Positions 33,403 to 46,953 of a stretch of DNA of 64,000 nt are shown piece by piece. Position numbers and translations under genes: made by a program. The number at the start of each line of letters is the position of its first letter. The first letter of the stretch is position 1. The notes beneath the pieces were generated by a model. The model ran no database searches. It saw only the letters and a program-made list of their open reading frames with translations, and was not told the DNA's origin. The DNA lies in assembly GCA_964016885.1 (NCBI GenBank), contig OZ024740.1, forward strand, positions 134,106,001-134,170,000. The letters are read 5' to 3'. Source of the DNA: Eledone cirrhosa (taxonomy: Eukaryota).

Positions 33403-34682
33403 GGACGGAAATGGGAAGGGGGGCTGGGTGGGGGTGGGGGGGTGATATGAGGGGGGGTCAGTCGGGGGGCCGGGGGGGGTCTATAGTTTTTGTAATTTGC
33501 ATAGTTCTTGTGCATGCAATTAGGGGAGTGTTCCGAGATCTTGTTGAGGAGAGGGCCTTTGGCGAATAGAATCTCATAGCTCTCGGAGATACAGAGGTCA
33601 CAGCAATTATGGCCTCCCGTGTATAATCGCGCTCTCTGCAGTAGTCTCCATTGGGTCTTGAAGGGGATGGAGTTCCTTTTTAGGTGCCAGATGTGGGCGG
33701 CGAGTGTAGTTTGGTTACATTTGTCTGGGCGCCGGAACGAATGTGTGTGGGCGTACCAGCGAGTCTTAAAACTATTAGAAGTCATCCCGATGTACGAGTT
33801 TCTTTTTTCATCGGGGCCTGAGAGTACATCGCATATATACACGAGATCTTTTTTTAGACAGTTGTTGTTGAGGGGGCAGGTCGTCTTATCAGGGCAATTG
33901 CAGTTGCTATCGGTTGCTGGATGGAAATCGGAAAATGTAGACTTATTTAGCTTCTTGATGTTGTTGTTGGCTAAGTTTCTGGCTAGATTAGGTGTGGTAG
34001 AGTAAAAGAGTCTAATGGTATTCTTATTAAGGATAGTATAGTACCTATGTTGGGTGGGGAAGTGTTTTTGTAAGAGAGTGAAGAAAATTTTAGCTACAGG
34101 TGTTGAAACTTCTCGGTTGAAGGGGGGGGTTGTACCAGCTAATGTGCCTTCGCCTATTCTTCCTGGGTGGGCGTGGGGCTATAGTAAGGTAGGTGATCTT
34201 ATCTCTAAAGCCGCTGCGGGCCAGGGCCTCGTTGTAATAGGGGGCTGCTGCTCTAAAGATATCTTCATTGGCGGCGAGGCTAGATATCCTAATGGAGACA
34301 CTTTTTACTAGGTTGTCTAATATATTTTTGGGGTGGTTAGAATTAATGTCTATATATCTAACGGATTCATTAGGTTTGTGGTACGGGTAGTAAAGGGAAG
34401 TTTCTAAGTTGAGGGTAACGTCTAGGAAGTTAGCTTTAATTAAGTTCGAATCTAAGGTAATCCTAAGGCCTAAGTTTTTAAAGAAGGTGTAAAGGTTTTT
34501 CCTGAACCCATCCGTGGTCCTGGGGTTGATTTTGTGGAGGGCAAAGAGGCCGTCATCTCGGTAGAGACCGCCGGAGAGGCCTGTGAAGAGGGTCTTCAAC
34601 CTGTGGAGGATGAACAGACCCACAAGGTCACTAATTTCAGCTAAGTCGCTAGCAACCATGCTAACGCCGAAGGGGGTCTCAG
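33398..34682 (-). mobile_element. Truncated Naiad-like PLE (GC-richer family): RT C-half to GIY-YIG
   Basis: FGVSMVASDLAEISDLVG, GLYRDDGL, FLDVT, SNHP, WYNPP, CNC..CP, YIGMTSNSFKTRW..H, CDLCISE. Frameshifts present. Confidence 0.9.
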
Positions 34683-35680
34683 ATTTGTTTGTTGATGTAG
34701 AATAGGAAAATTTTATAGTGTGTTTGTTAAATATTTTACTATAGATATGTGAGGAGGGAAGCATTTATTTAAGGCACTAAAGAATAATTTAGGAATATTG
34801 TTATTAATAGAGATGGAGAAAGGAGCATTATACCAGATTATGTTTTTGTATCTAGGTCTTTTATTAAAGTTATTGGAATGATCATGATTAATTATTCTAC
34901 TGTAAGTTCTTCTAGAATTTGTTTCTTTACTATATTTGATTTTATCAGGATAGCCGGCTTTAGAAAGCGCGTTATTATAGTAATTGGCGTTAGCATCAAA
35001 GATGTTTTTATTAGAAGATAAGTTAGATATTCTTTTTCCAATATTACTAACTATAGTATTCTTGATATTAGTAGGATGGTTAGATTTAAAGTTAACATAA
35101 TTTAGGTTCTCATTGTTTTTATGGTAAGGGTAATATAGGCCAGTGTCAAGATTAAGAGATACATCCAAGAAATTAGCTAGTTTGATGCTGTTATCAAATT
35201 CAATTTTTATGTTATGTTGGTTAAAGAGATTACGTATATTGTTCTTAATAATATTAAGGTTAACTATGTTGCAATTTAAGATAGTAAAGAGTCCATCGTC
35301 ACGATAAATTCCACCGCGATGTTGAGGAAGTTTCCGACTCAAAGAGTTCAAAATAAAGATACCAATTAAATCTGTCAATTGGGATGAATCGGATGCTCCC
35401 ATTGTGATGCCGAAGTTGTTAGAGGTATCGGCCCTGGTCCAATATTCGTTGTTGAACTCTAGGATGGTTTTACGTGCGGTGAGAATGATGTGAAGTTCAT
35501 CTGTGGTGATGTCAGAATATTTAAGCGCGAAAGATAGAGCATTATTGAGAAGTGAAGGCGAAATAGAAGAATAGTAGCTGGCAATATCAAATTGAACAAA
35601 TTTTAGTTTGTTTTTATTATTCAATCTGTTGAACCAGCTAATCACTTCAGAAGTACCAAACCATAAATTTAGGTTCAAAG
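34683..35680 (-). mobile_element. Truncated Naiad-like PLE (AT-rich family): RT core to linker
   Basis: ORF 34713-35678: FVQFDIASYYSSI, ITMGASDS, GIYRDDGL, FLDVSL, SNHP, WYNAPFS. Confidence 0.9.
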
Positions 35681-35759
35681 AAGAGCATTTAGAACGAAGT
35701 ATCTAATTTAGATTCTATAATAAATAGACGCACTGACTTGTTTTCTATCTGCTTGCATA

Positions 35760-36930
35760 AATTCCACAAAACATTCCACAAAGTATACAGCTAATATCCG
35801 AATCTTTATCAATTTAGAATTTTTTTCTCAAAGGCGCATATATATATATACACTTCTTTAAAAATATACCCATCTTTCTACCTTATTTCAAAGGTTATTA
35901 TACATTCTATAATACTTGTTACTCATTCTATATCGCTCCTATTTATCACTTCCCTTTCTTCTCTTTTTCTTTTAATGTCTAACCCCTAATCTGTACCTTT
36001 TCTCACTGTTGCCTAACATAGAATCAATTATTACATAATACAATACATTCTTACTCTATATCACCTTGTAAAAATCCTTCGTAAACATAAACATTTTTTG
36101 ACGTGAGATTATTCATCCTCAATTCATTATTCTTTTCTCCCTTTCATCTAACTCATTCATGCTCATCTCACAATATATCCTTACTTAAATTACCTGTTGT
36201 TCTTTTTAATAATACATATCAACATTTTCTTTCCATCGCAAATATTATTAAACCTTAAATATCATTCTTAATACATATTAAATTTTTCTTTCCATCGCAC
36301 ATGTTATTAAACCCTTAAATATTATTCTTAATACATATTAACATTTTCTTTTCATCGCACATATTATTAAACCCCTCAATATACAAACCTTAACTTTACA
36401 TTATTTTTCTCTTCGTTAATTTTCAAATTCTTTTACATTATCTTCCAACGGTTTTCAACCTGTCTATGTAAAACAATATATCTTTCTCAGTTATAAAAGC
36501 TATCTCTCTCTCTCTATCACCCATCTCTCCTCCTATCTCATCCTTCCTCATTATACTCCTCCCTCTGCACTTTTTACTCTCATCTCCTCCTCTTTTTCAT
36601 CCTTTCCACCCCAACCCCCCTCAAAATAAAATATTTTTTTCCCAATATCACACATCAATCTAAAACTACTTCTCATATGTTGATTTAAAACTGCACTATC
36701 CACAAGTGTTTTTTAACCTTCATATCATGTCTTCCTGTTTATCTGATGAAAACACAAATATTATTGAATGATGATATTTGTTTTTGAAATGCGCATACTA
36801 AAATACATGGAACTCTTTTAACCATCTTTTGTTCTTATATATTATGGATACTCCAGTCCTACAAACTGTAGAGTTCTTCTTATCCGATATCTGCATTGCT
36901 TTATTGTACTACAATAAAACTCACCTCCTA
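35760..36930 (+). repeat. Family C pLTR copy
   Basis: Matches 27898-28972 (inverted) and 28972-29545 (direct). Confidence 0.85.
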
Positions 36931-37009
36931 CATATATATATATATACGTATAGATATGTATATATATATATACATATACATATATGTGTGTGTGTGTATA
37001 TATATGTAC

Positions 37010-37069
<60 letters not shown>

Positions 37070-37073
<4 letters not shown>

Positions 37074-37402
37074 AATGAAGTAATTCGGTCGGAAAGGTCC
37101 AGGAAAGAGAATTTCTATGTAGGTTACAGAGCTTAATAGTTATGTAATAAACAACATAAGATAATTATTTCATTTACCAGTGGTTTCTTGAAAGGAAACA
37201 AAATTTACTTTCATTCATCAGAATGAAAAAATCCTGGTGTATTTATTGAGAGTGGATTTTAAAAACTAAAATATAATCTATATGTAAGTGAGGCTGGAAA
37301 AGGAAGAAAGAAAGGAGACAGAATAAATATAAATGTAGATAAATACACATGCACACACACACACGGTCACAAACATACACACATATATACATATATATAT
37401 AT

Positions 37403-37479
<77 letters not shown>

Positions 37480-37927
37480 CACACATATATATAAACATAC
37501 ACACATATACATACATATATACACACACATACATACATACATATATATATATACATACATATATATACATACACATAATAACAAATACACAAACACATAC
37601 ACATGTATATATATATATATACATATACATATACATATATATATATATATATACATATATATATACATATATATACATACACATACACACACATATATAC
37701 AATCATACATATTTACACACGTACATACACACACATACATACGCACATATATACACGCATACATACACACACACATATATAGATATATGTACACACACCT
37801 ACATACGCACGCACACAAATAATTATAATAAAAAATAATAAAAAAGAAAAAGAAAAAAGAAAAAGCAATGGACAACCGTATGATGCAAAAGGTCGTCACA
37901 TCAAAATAAAAATAATAAATAATAAAA

Positions 37928-37992
<65 letters not shown>

Positions 37993-39134
37993 AGAAAATG
38001 CATAAATATTATATATATATAAAAATAAAAAGTGTTGGGAATACGACAAATAATAAATAAATAATTAAATAGATAAAGGTATAAATGTTTATAGCATTTA
38101 ATATTCTTCCTCTCAAGACATTTTTAACAAAGCCGCCCCTTATTATAATAAAGCCCTTAATAACAGCGGATTTACAGAACACATTAATTATTTACCTACT
38201 CCTCCCCCTAAAACTAACCACAATAATAGAAAAGTGAAAATTATTTGATTTACACTCCCCTTCTCTCTAACTGTCAAAACTAATGTAGGAAGGAAATTCC
38301 TGACCTCTTAGACAAACATTTTCCTCCTAATCATAGATATTATAAGATATTTAATAGAAATGTAGTTAAAATCACTTATTGTTGCTGCCCATCAAGTCCA
38401 AAATCACCAATTCTAATCATACGAGAATAAATCCAGGATGCAGTTGCAGGAAGCCGGATGAATGCCCATTACAGGGCAAATGTAATACCAAATCCGTTGT
38501 ATATGAGGCCAAAGTGATCCTTTAATTAACAACCAGCCAGGAGTGAACAATATGTTGGCATGACTCAGGACAGGTTTAAAACCAGGTTTTATGCACATGT
38601 CGCTTTTTTAAACATTCTGATAAAAGAACAGCAACGGCTCTGGTAAATAAGGTGTGGGAATTCAAAGATAAAAACATCCCGTACTCTATCGATTGGTCTG
38701 TTTTAGACCATTCGAGGGAATACCAAAGGGGCACAAAGAATTGTTCTTTGTGTACCACTAAAACATTTAGGATTCTACAAAACTTGAAAGCCACTTCAAC
38801 TTGCCTGAACTCCAAGACCGAGATCTTCAGATGTTGTCCTCATCTGAAATCACATCTGATCTGTAACTGGATTGACATTCCTACGATGACTCAACCACCT
38901 TGAACTTCTTCTCTACTTTCTACGCCTTACATCCACTACGATTTTTATTAATCTCTGAACTCACTTTCTGTACTCTTATATTCTTTTTCTCCCTTATCTC
39001 CCCTTATATTTAAACTTTTTCCTTGTTATTTATTTTCCTTATTCCCCCCTACGTTCTACCTTACCCTTTATATACCCACCTTTTTTATTTATAGATATTT
39101 ATTTCTGTGTGTATGTATGTGTTGTGTATATATA

Positions 39135-39217
<83 letters not shown>

Positions 39218-39222
39218 TTGTG

Positions 39223-39287
<65 letters not shown>

Positions 39288-39298
39288 ATATATATGTA

Positions 39299-39377
<79 letters not shown>

Positions 39378-40325
39378 TTATATGTATGTATATGTATGTG
39401 TAAATGTGTGTATTGCTTACCACGTCTGTTTGTTTATTTATTTCTGGCCTTTCCTGTATCGCTGTCAACTTTATAATAATTTTTTTTTTTTTTATATATT
39501 TTCTTAAGTCGTATATTTTTTTATTATTTATTATTTTTATTTTGATGTGACAACCTTTTGCATCATACGGGTGTCCATTATTTTTCTTTTTTCTTTTTCT
39601 TTTTTATTATTTTCTCTTATAATTATTTGTGTACGTGCGTATGTAGGTGTGTGTATATATATCTATATATGTGTGTGCGTATGTATGCGTGTATATATGT
39701 GTGTATGTATGTGTGTGTATGTACGTGTGTATATATGTATGATTGTATATATGTGTGTGTATGTGTATGTGTATATATGTATATATATGTATATATATAT
39801 ATATATATGTATATGTATATATATATATACATGTGTATGTGTTTGTGTATTTGTGTTTATGTGTATGTATAGATATGTATATATATATGTATGTATGTAT
39901 GTGTGTGTATATATGTATGGTTATGTGTGTATGTTTATATATATGTGTGTATGTGTATATTTATATATATATATATATATGTGTGTATATATATATATAT
40001 ATATGTACAATTATGTACAATTATATGTACAATTTCTATACTTTTCATTTATATATATATGTATATATGTGTGTATGTTTGTGTGCGTGCGTGTGTGTGT
40101 GTGCATGTGTATTTATCTACATTTATATTTATTTTGTCTCCTTTCCTTCTTCCTTTTCCAGCCTCATTTCCATATAGATTATATTTTTGTTTTTAAAATC
40201 CACTGTCAATAAATACACCAGGATTTTTTCATTTTGATGAATGAAAGTAAATTTTGTTTGCTTTCAAGAAACCACTGGTAAATGAAATAGTTAACTTATG
40301 TTGTTTATTACATAACTATATATAT
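37070..40325 (+). mobile_element. Second copy of the family D truncated PLE
   Basis: Colinear with 29680-33195; near-identical ORFs 38652-38903 and 31186-31437. Confidence 0.9.
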
Positions 40326-40443
40326 ATATAAAATATATGTAGTATATATATATAGTATATATATATAGTATATATATAGTATATATATAGTATATATATA
40401 TATAGTATATATTTATATGTAGTATATATATATATATATAGTA

Positions 40444-40778
40444 TCATCATCATCATCATCAATTTACGTCCGCTTTTCCCTGCTTTGCAAGGGTGGGGCG
40501 GAAACTGATTCTGGCTTGATTTCTACAGCTGGATGCCTTCCAACCTCATTTACAGCGAGTGCTGGGTGCTTTTTTGCCGTGGCACCTCCACGACCACTTT
40601 GCAGTGGAATGATATGGACCCCAGTCCTATCATCTCATTTCTACAGCTGAGTAAACTGGAGCAATGTGAAATAAAGTGTCTTGCTCAAGGAAACACCACA
40701 TCACCCGGTCTGAGAATTGAACTCACAACCTTTCGATTGCAAGTCGAATGGTCTAACCACTAAGCCATGTGCCCCTCC
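40444..40778 (-). mobile_element. tRNA-derived SINE (family 2) with (GAT)n tail
   Basis: Minus-strand head TGGCTTAGTGG (A box) .. GAGTTCAATTC (B box), TTCCTTGAGCAAGACACTT body; sits inside a TA-rich tract. Confidence 0.85.
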
Positions 40779-40835
40779 GTAGTATATATATACTATATAT
40801 ATATATATATAGTATATATATAGTATATATATATA

Positions 40836-41570
40836 TCTATATATAAAACAGAAGATGTCTGTCTGTCAGTCTATCTGTCAGTCTGTCTGTCTGTGTAAAT
40901 CCCTAGAACTCGAGAAGTAACCGACCGATTTTTTTCAAACTTTACATATGCGTTACTTATATTTCTTAAAGTGCAATGGGCTAAAAATATTTTAACTTTT
41001 TCTGCCTTAGAGCCCACATTAGGCGACAAACTACATTTTTAGGCATGTTTAGGCTTTTGTGAGGCGTAACTTAAAGATAACCCAGCTGATTTCCTCGAAA
41101 TTTGCAGCACACATTAGTTAGTCCCCTCGCATTGTTGTGGACAAAAAAGATGTCCGATTCTATTAATGGTTTCTAGGAAATTTACGAATTAGCATTGGGC
41201 ATTACATGCTTTTTTTATTTTCAATATTATTATACGCTACTTAAACATCGTAAGTAGCGTATAATATTTCGTTAAAAATTTGGTTTATTTAAAACAGGAC
41301 ACAACATTTACTTACTTTTAAGCAGGACCATTTTCAGGGGATTGAGGAAATGAGGAGGACCTTCAAATTTTTGTCGGCACATATATTTTTACAATTTTTC
41401 ATCACGCGCAAATCCGGGCCCTGTGTCCGTTGTCGTGTTATTTACACAGTAAAACTCACATATGTGCTACTTCTACTAAGACCCCTTTTGTTGCACCTAC
41501 AGCACAGTATGAACGCCCTGCGCAAGTACACCGAACTGTGGTTGTGCTAATTCCGTGGTGACCCCCATTT
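40836..41570 (+). mobile_element. Non-autonomous Helitron-like element, 5' part
   Basis: TCTATATATAAAAC..(TGTC)n..ACCGATTTTTTTCAAACTTT; same layout as the 55304 element. Right boundary uncertain. Confidence 0.6.
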
Positions 41571-41599
41571 GAAATTGTTGATGGTGAACCCAATAGTAA

Positions 41600-43495
41600 C
41601 TCCGAAGCTCTTGGCATCCGATATAACAGTTTGGTCTATATCAGATTGGGTAGATTTACGAAGGGGCTATGGTCTCCTGTAGGGAAGGCCCAACATGCTG
41701 TATTTGTGTTTACCTTTTTATTTGGGAGAGAAGGTGGTTATAATCCGAATTGTTGCTAGTAGGTGAAATTATACTTGATATATCGTTTATGGAGTCATGG
41801 TTGTTTTGGGCGCTATTAGTTAGATTGGGTATGTAAATCTTAGTCCCTATTAAGGATGGAGAAGATGGTAGTTGGTTGTAGTCTACTATATTGTGCTGGT
41901 GAGGTGAGTGAGCGGATCTACTAGGTGGGTATGCAGTAATATTCCGGTTATGCGTTGTAGTATTACCATAGTTATCTTGTGTGCGATGTGCTATTGTGTG
42001 CGGTATAGATGAAGCTTTTTTACATTTATAGATGTTATATGCACTTATTTTTTGTTGTATATTGCTCGATGTGGAGCAAGAAAATTTTACTGTATTTCTG
42101 TTTAGGATTTGATGGTATTTGTGGTTAGATGGGAAATGCTTATCGAGAATTGTAAAAAATCTTTTAGGGATTTAGCCCATAGTTTGCAAGTTGAATGGAG
42201 CGTTATACCATGTTACATTTCTTTTATGGTTTCTAAAAGGTTTCCTCTTGTTATATTGGGTATGTATAGAAGTTTGAGGGTAGATATTGTTAGATGAAAT
42301 TATAACATTGTGATTGTTATTATGGGTGTGAACTAATTGTTTAGTAAATTTTTGAATTGTATTAGTTTTTTATTTATTGCTTTTTGTTTGATTTGTAGAG
42401 GATATTGTGGGTTTTTTTTCATGGAGCATTATTGATAGGAATTTTGGTATCATTCTTGTTATATATAGTAGTTCGGATATGTTTCTCTAGTTTTTTGGAT
42501 TGCAAGGGTGTAATTTGGTTATGTTGAAGGTTCGATGAGATAGGTGATACATCATTAGGTTTATTGTGAGAATTAAGATATAAGGTGTTATTATTAACTG
42601 CTTTTTTAAGAGTAGTGGAGTTAGGTATTTTCGCACGGTTTGTAGTAATAATATTAGGTAAGTTATAGAAATATTCGGAATCGTTAGGATTGATGATTTT
42701 TTGAGAATTTGTGTCATTCGTGTTAATGTGGATATTCGGAGTAATGGTAGGATCTAGGTTTTTCGGTGTTTCATTGCTGGCACTAACTTTTTGGTGTTTT
42801 CTACGGTGTTTGTTGCTTATTGTTGGCTGTATGCTAGGGGTTTTCATGGTGTTAGGTATGTAAAATATTTTATCTTTATAGCCACTTCTAATTAAAGCCT
42901 CATTTTAATAAGGTGCATTTTTATAGAATATTTCCTCACTAGATGATAATTTAGCTAGTCTGAGTGAGATATTGTAGACTAGATTTTTTAGTATGGAACT
43001 AGGGTGGTTAGATAGTGAATGTATATAATGGAGGTTTTGGTTTGGTTTGTGGTAGGGTTGGTAAGTGCCTGTTGATAGGTCTAAAGAGATGTCGAGGAAA
43101 TTGACCAATTTAATGCTATTTTCAAAAGTAACTGTAAGATTATAGTAATTTTTGAGGAATTTCCTAATAAGCTTTTTATTTCTCTCAATTGCTGAGAGAC
43201 TAAGATTATTAGCTAGAAGACGACAGTCATCGCGATATAGACCACCATTGAGGAATTCAAATTATGTAAGAGGAAGATGTCCACAAGGTCCGTAACCTGG
43301 GCGGAATCCATTGAGCCCATCGTAATATGATATAAATCACTATAAGTATTCCTAGTCCAATACTCGTCCTGGAAGTCCAATAGAGTTTGTCTGGCGTGTG
43401 TGATGATCTTAATTTTATCCATAGTTAAGTCCGATCTATTTTTGGCGAAAATTAGTGCTTTGTTTAGTAGTATGGGGGATATTGATGAATAGTAT
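41600..43495 (-). mobile_element. Decayed Naiad-like PLE RT fragment with expanded low-complexity linker
   Basis: YYSSISP, ITMGSMDSAQVTDLV, LYRDD, NFLDISLDL, SNHP, NAPYY, then an N/T/H-rich insert. Confidence 0.85.
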
Positions 43496-44162
43496 CAGGG
43501 CAATAGAAGAGAGTGCGGACTATGTTTCCAAGAAATTTTTAAATTACTAAATCAAAGGACACTCTATTGAATAAAAGACAAGAATTAATTTTAGTATGTA
43601 ACCATAAAATTAGAAGGACATTCAAATATTATAAATACAACTAAACAAATATAGAAAAAGATATAGGTGAATAAATGTGTGAGTATAGGTGTATGTGTGA
43701 ATATGTATATCTGTGTGTGTATATGTATGTACATGCATAAATGTATGCCTATATATAAACATGTGTAACTGTACATGTGTATATATATTTTTTTATATTA
43801 TATATTTTTAGAACAAATTATTCCTCACAACAAATAAATAGCTAACTTTTTAAGATTGTTCTATTCCATTCTACTTGATGTAACACACTAATCTCAGTAC
43901 CCCTTTTCCTCCAAGCGTAATCTTCTTTGACTATCAATAATTTTATATACAATATGCCTAAACTCATTTACACTAACAACTCTCATTTCTTTTCTTAAAA
44001 CGCATTTGACACCTTATCCACTGATGGCCTATTTATTCATTTACTACCACCAACCTTAAGGATTTATACTGCCCCTTTCCATTCTTAACAATGGTCAATT
44101 TCAACCTGGTTATAAAACCTTACTTATTCATATGTATGTTTTTTTTGTATTCTTCAATAAAC

Positions 44163-44309
44163 AAAACTCATTATTTCTGAAGACGGCGGCTAGTGAAGAC
44201 GTATATATTTTTCTCACTATGATATTTTGTAATATGTTTTACATAGATCAATAATTGAATGAACATACAGAGAACTACCCCCAGAAACGATCGTAAAATA
44301 ATGTGTTTT
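44163..44309 (+). ncRNA. Type I hammerhead with 100-nt stem II region
   Basis: CATTATTT-CTGAAGA-C-[GGCGGCTAGT...ACTACCCCC]-A-GAAA-CGATCG-TA-AAATAATG; perfect 8-bp stem I. Lies in a probable inverted pLTR (about 43500-44350). Confidence 0.85.
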
Positions 44310-44344
44310 ACTATGAACTAACAGTTTTGTGTTTAATTTCATTG

Positions 44345-44405
<61 letters not shown>

Positions 44406-44489
44406 GTTTCAAAATGTTTTTAATTAAACATACGGTATATTGCCAAATATACTATACATACATCGCTATTTCAGACACCAATCCTAATG

Positions 44490-44558
<69 letters not shown>

Positions 44559-45351
44559 TATATATATGTGAGATTGGAAATAGCACGGAAAATATATTTA
44601 AGGGTCTGATTTTCATTTTTTTGAGTGACATTATTGAAAAGATGAGAGGGACAATTCTTTTAAAAAAGAGTGTTACAATGTTTATAATGTATATAATGTA
44701 TAACCGGTTTCGATGTATTAGTAAAATTCTCATCAAATGGTGAATATTACAATTAAAAAGAATTAATAAGAATTAAAAACTAAAAATTAAAGTTTTAAAA
44801 TTAAGTGTTGAGGTAAATCTTCCTTATTGAGAACGAGACAGGAAACTATATATACATATTATAGCTGGTCCCGTGCCGTCAAAAATTAAGGCTAGTTTAC
44901 GTATTTAATATATAAAAAGGTTACATAACCAAGTTTTTAGTTTAGTAGTTCGTTCATTACAAACTTTTTTGTGAAAATTCTAACCGTAACTAACATACCT
45001 TGACTGCTTGTTTCCTTCAAAAGGAATTTTTAAGTTTCCCTTCGTTCTCCTACGACTTAAGGCCTCATAAATCTGGCCGTGACTAAATACGGAGCTGTGA
45101 AGTAAATACTAACTTTTTCGAAGCTCTGTCTTTGCGATTTGTTTAGGGTCATGACAAAAGCTGGTATCACAGGTAACTGCTGTCTGCTCATATTGGAGGA
45201 TACATCTGTTTCACTCGGACGTAGGTCAACTCATGGTATGATAGATTCATTTCCTATAAAATTAATATAAAATTAATTAGAAGATAAAACCAAAAGTCGA
45301 GTACCATTCAGCAAGCCATTTGCAGGATCCAAATTCTTGGATTGAGGCATG

Positions 45352-46295
45352 ACTATATATGCTATTTTCAAAAATACACAGTGACTGATCGGCCTGATTT
45401 GCATATTAGAAAACTGGCTGATCAGTCAGATCTGCATATTAGCACAACCACTGATCAGCCAGATTTGCATATTAGCAGACTGGCCAGTCAGTTTCCTGTA
45501 TACGAGCGATAAATGGCCGGCTTTGCCAAATTCAAATTGGATCTGCTAATATGCAGATCTGACTGATTAGCCAGTTTGCTAATATGCAAATCAGGCCGAT
45601 CAGTCACTGTGTATTTTTGGAAATAGCATATATTTTCACTAGCTCTGACGGTTTGGCAGGTGAACAGTGAGCTGTACTGATGAAGGGTGATACCCAGAAA
45701 CATTAGTGTCTGCAGTTCTGTTCGCATGCCAACATAAGAGCAAGAATGAAGTGTTCATTCTATTGACATAGCTATAAAATTAAGGCTTGTTTGCATAATT
45801 GCAAACGAATCGAATGTTATTATTAATATTGGAAAATCTCAGATGACATTTATTGTATTCAGCCATGTAAAGCGAAATTTTCTTTCTTTTTTATTTGAAT
45901 TTGGCAAAGCCGGTCATTTATCGCGCCTATACAGGAAACTGACTGGCCAGTCTGCTGATATGCAAATCTGGCTGATCAGTTATATCTGCCAATATGCAAA
46001 TCTGACTGATCAGCCAGTCTGCTAATATGCAAATCAGGCCGATCAGTCACTGTGTAATTTTGAAAATAGCATATTTTTTCACTAGCTCTGACAGTTTGGC
46101 CGGTGAACAGTGAGCTGTACTGATGAAGGATGATACTTAGAAACATTAGTGTCTGCAGTTCTGTTCGCATGCCAAAATAAGAGCAAGAATGAAGTGTTTA
46201 TTCTACTGACATGGCTATAAAATTGAGGCTTGTTTGCATAATTGCAAACGAATCTAATGTTATTATAAATATTCGAAAAACTCAGATTACATTTA
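45352..46295. repeat. Complex inverted + direct repeat built from about 30-bp subunits containing TAATATGCAAAT
   Basis: 45358-45537 is the reverse complement of about 45894-46072; 45545-45855 is a direct repeat of about 45985-46295. Confidence 0.85.
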
Positions 46296-46341
46296 TTATA
46301 TATATACTACATATCTAAAAATGTATATATATATATGTATT

Positions 46342-46401
<60 letters not shown>

Positions 46402-46906
46402 AGAATATAAAGAATATATATACATGTATATATATCAACACATATATATATGTGTATATATATATGTGTGTGAGTGTATATTTATATATATATATGAATA
46501 TATATATAAATGTGTGTGTTGTGTGTGTGTTTGTAAAAGACATATGTGTGTTATTTTTACTACAGTTATATATATATGTATATGTATGTATGTGTCTATG
46601 TATTCTGGTTTATATATACTGACATATGTGTCTAGTATAACGTCTTTGAGTATGTATAACTTTGTATAAGCAATATAACTATCCCTCGCCAGACAGAAAA
46701 CTATAATGATAGAAAGTTATTTTGAAAGAAATTGGAAATTTTGAAACAATTAAAAAATATAGATATAATATTTGCTTGAGACGAATCGTTTGATATTTTT
46801 GAAAACCTGCTTAATTGTAATACAAAATAATGTTTACATTCATCAAACAAATTCAACTATTTCTAGCAACACACACTCACAAATGTATATATGATTTTAA
46901 GTATAT

Positions 46907-46949
<43 letters not shown>

Positions 46950-46953
46950 ATAT

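Noticed and set aside
40705-40778. tRNA gene
   Set aside because: It is the tRNA-derived head of a SINE, continuous with body and tail.
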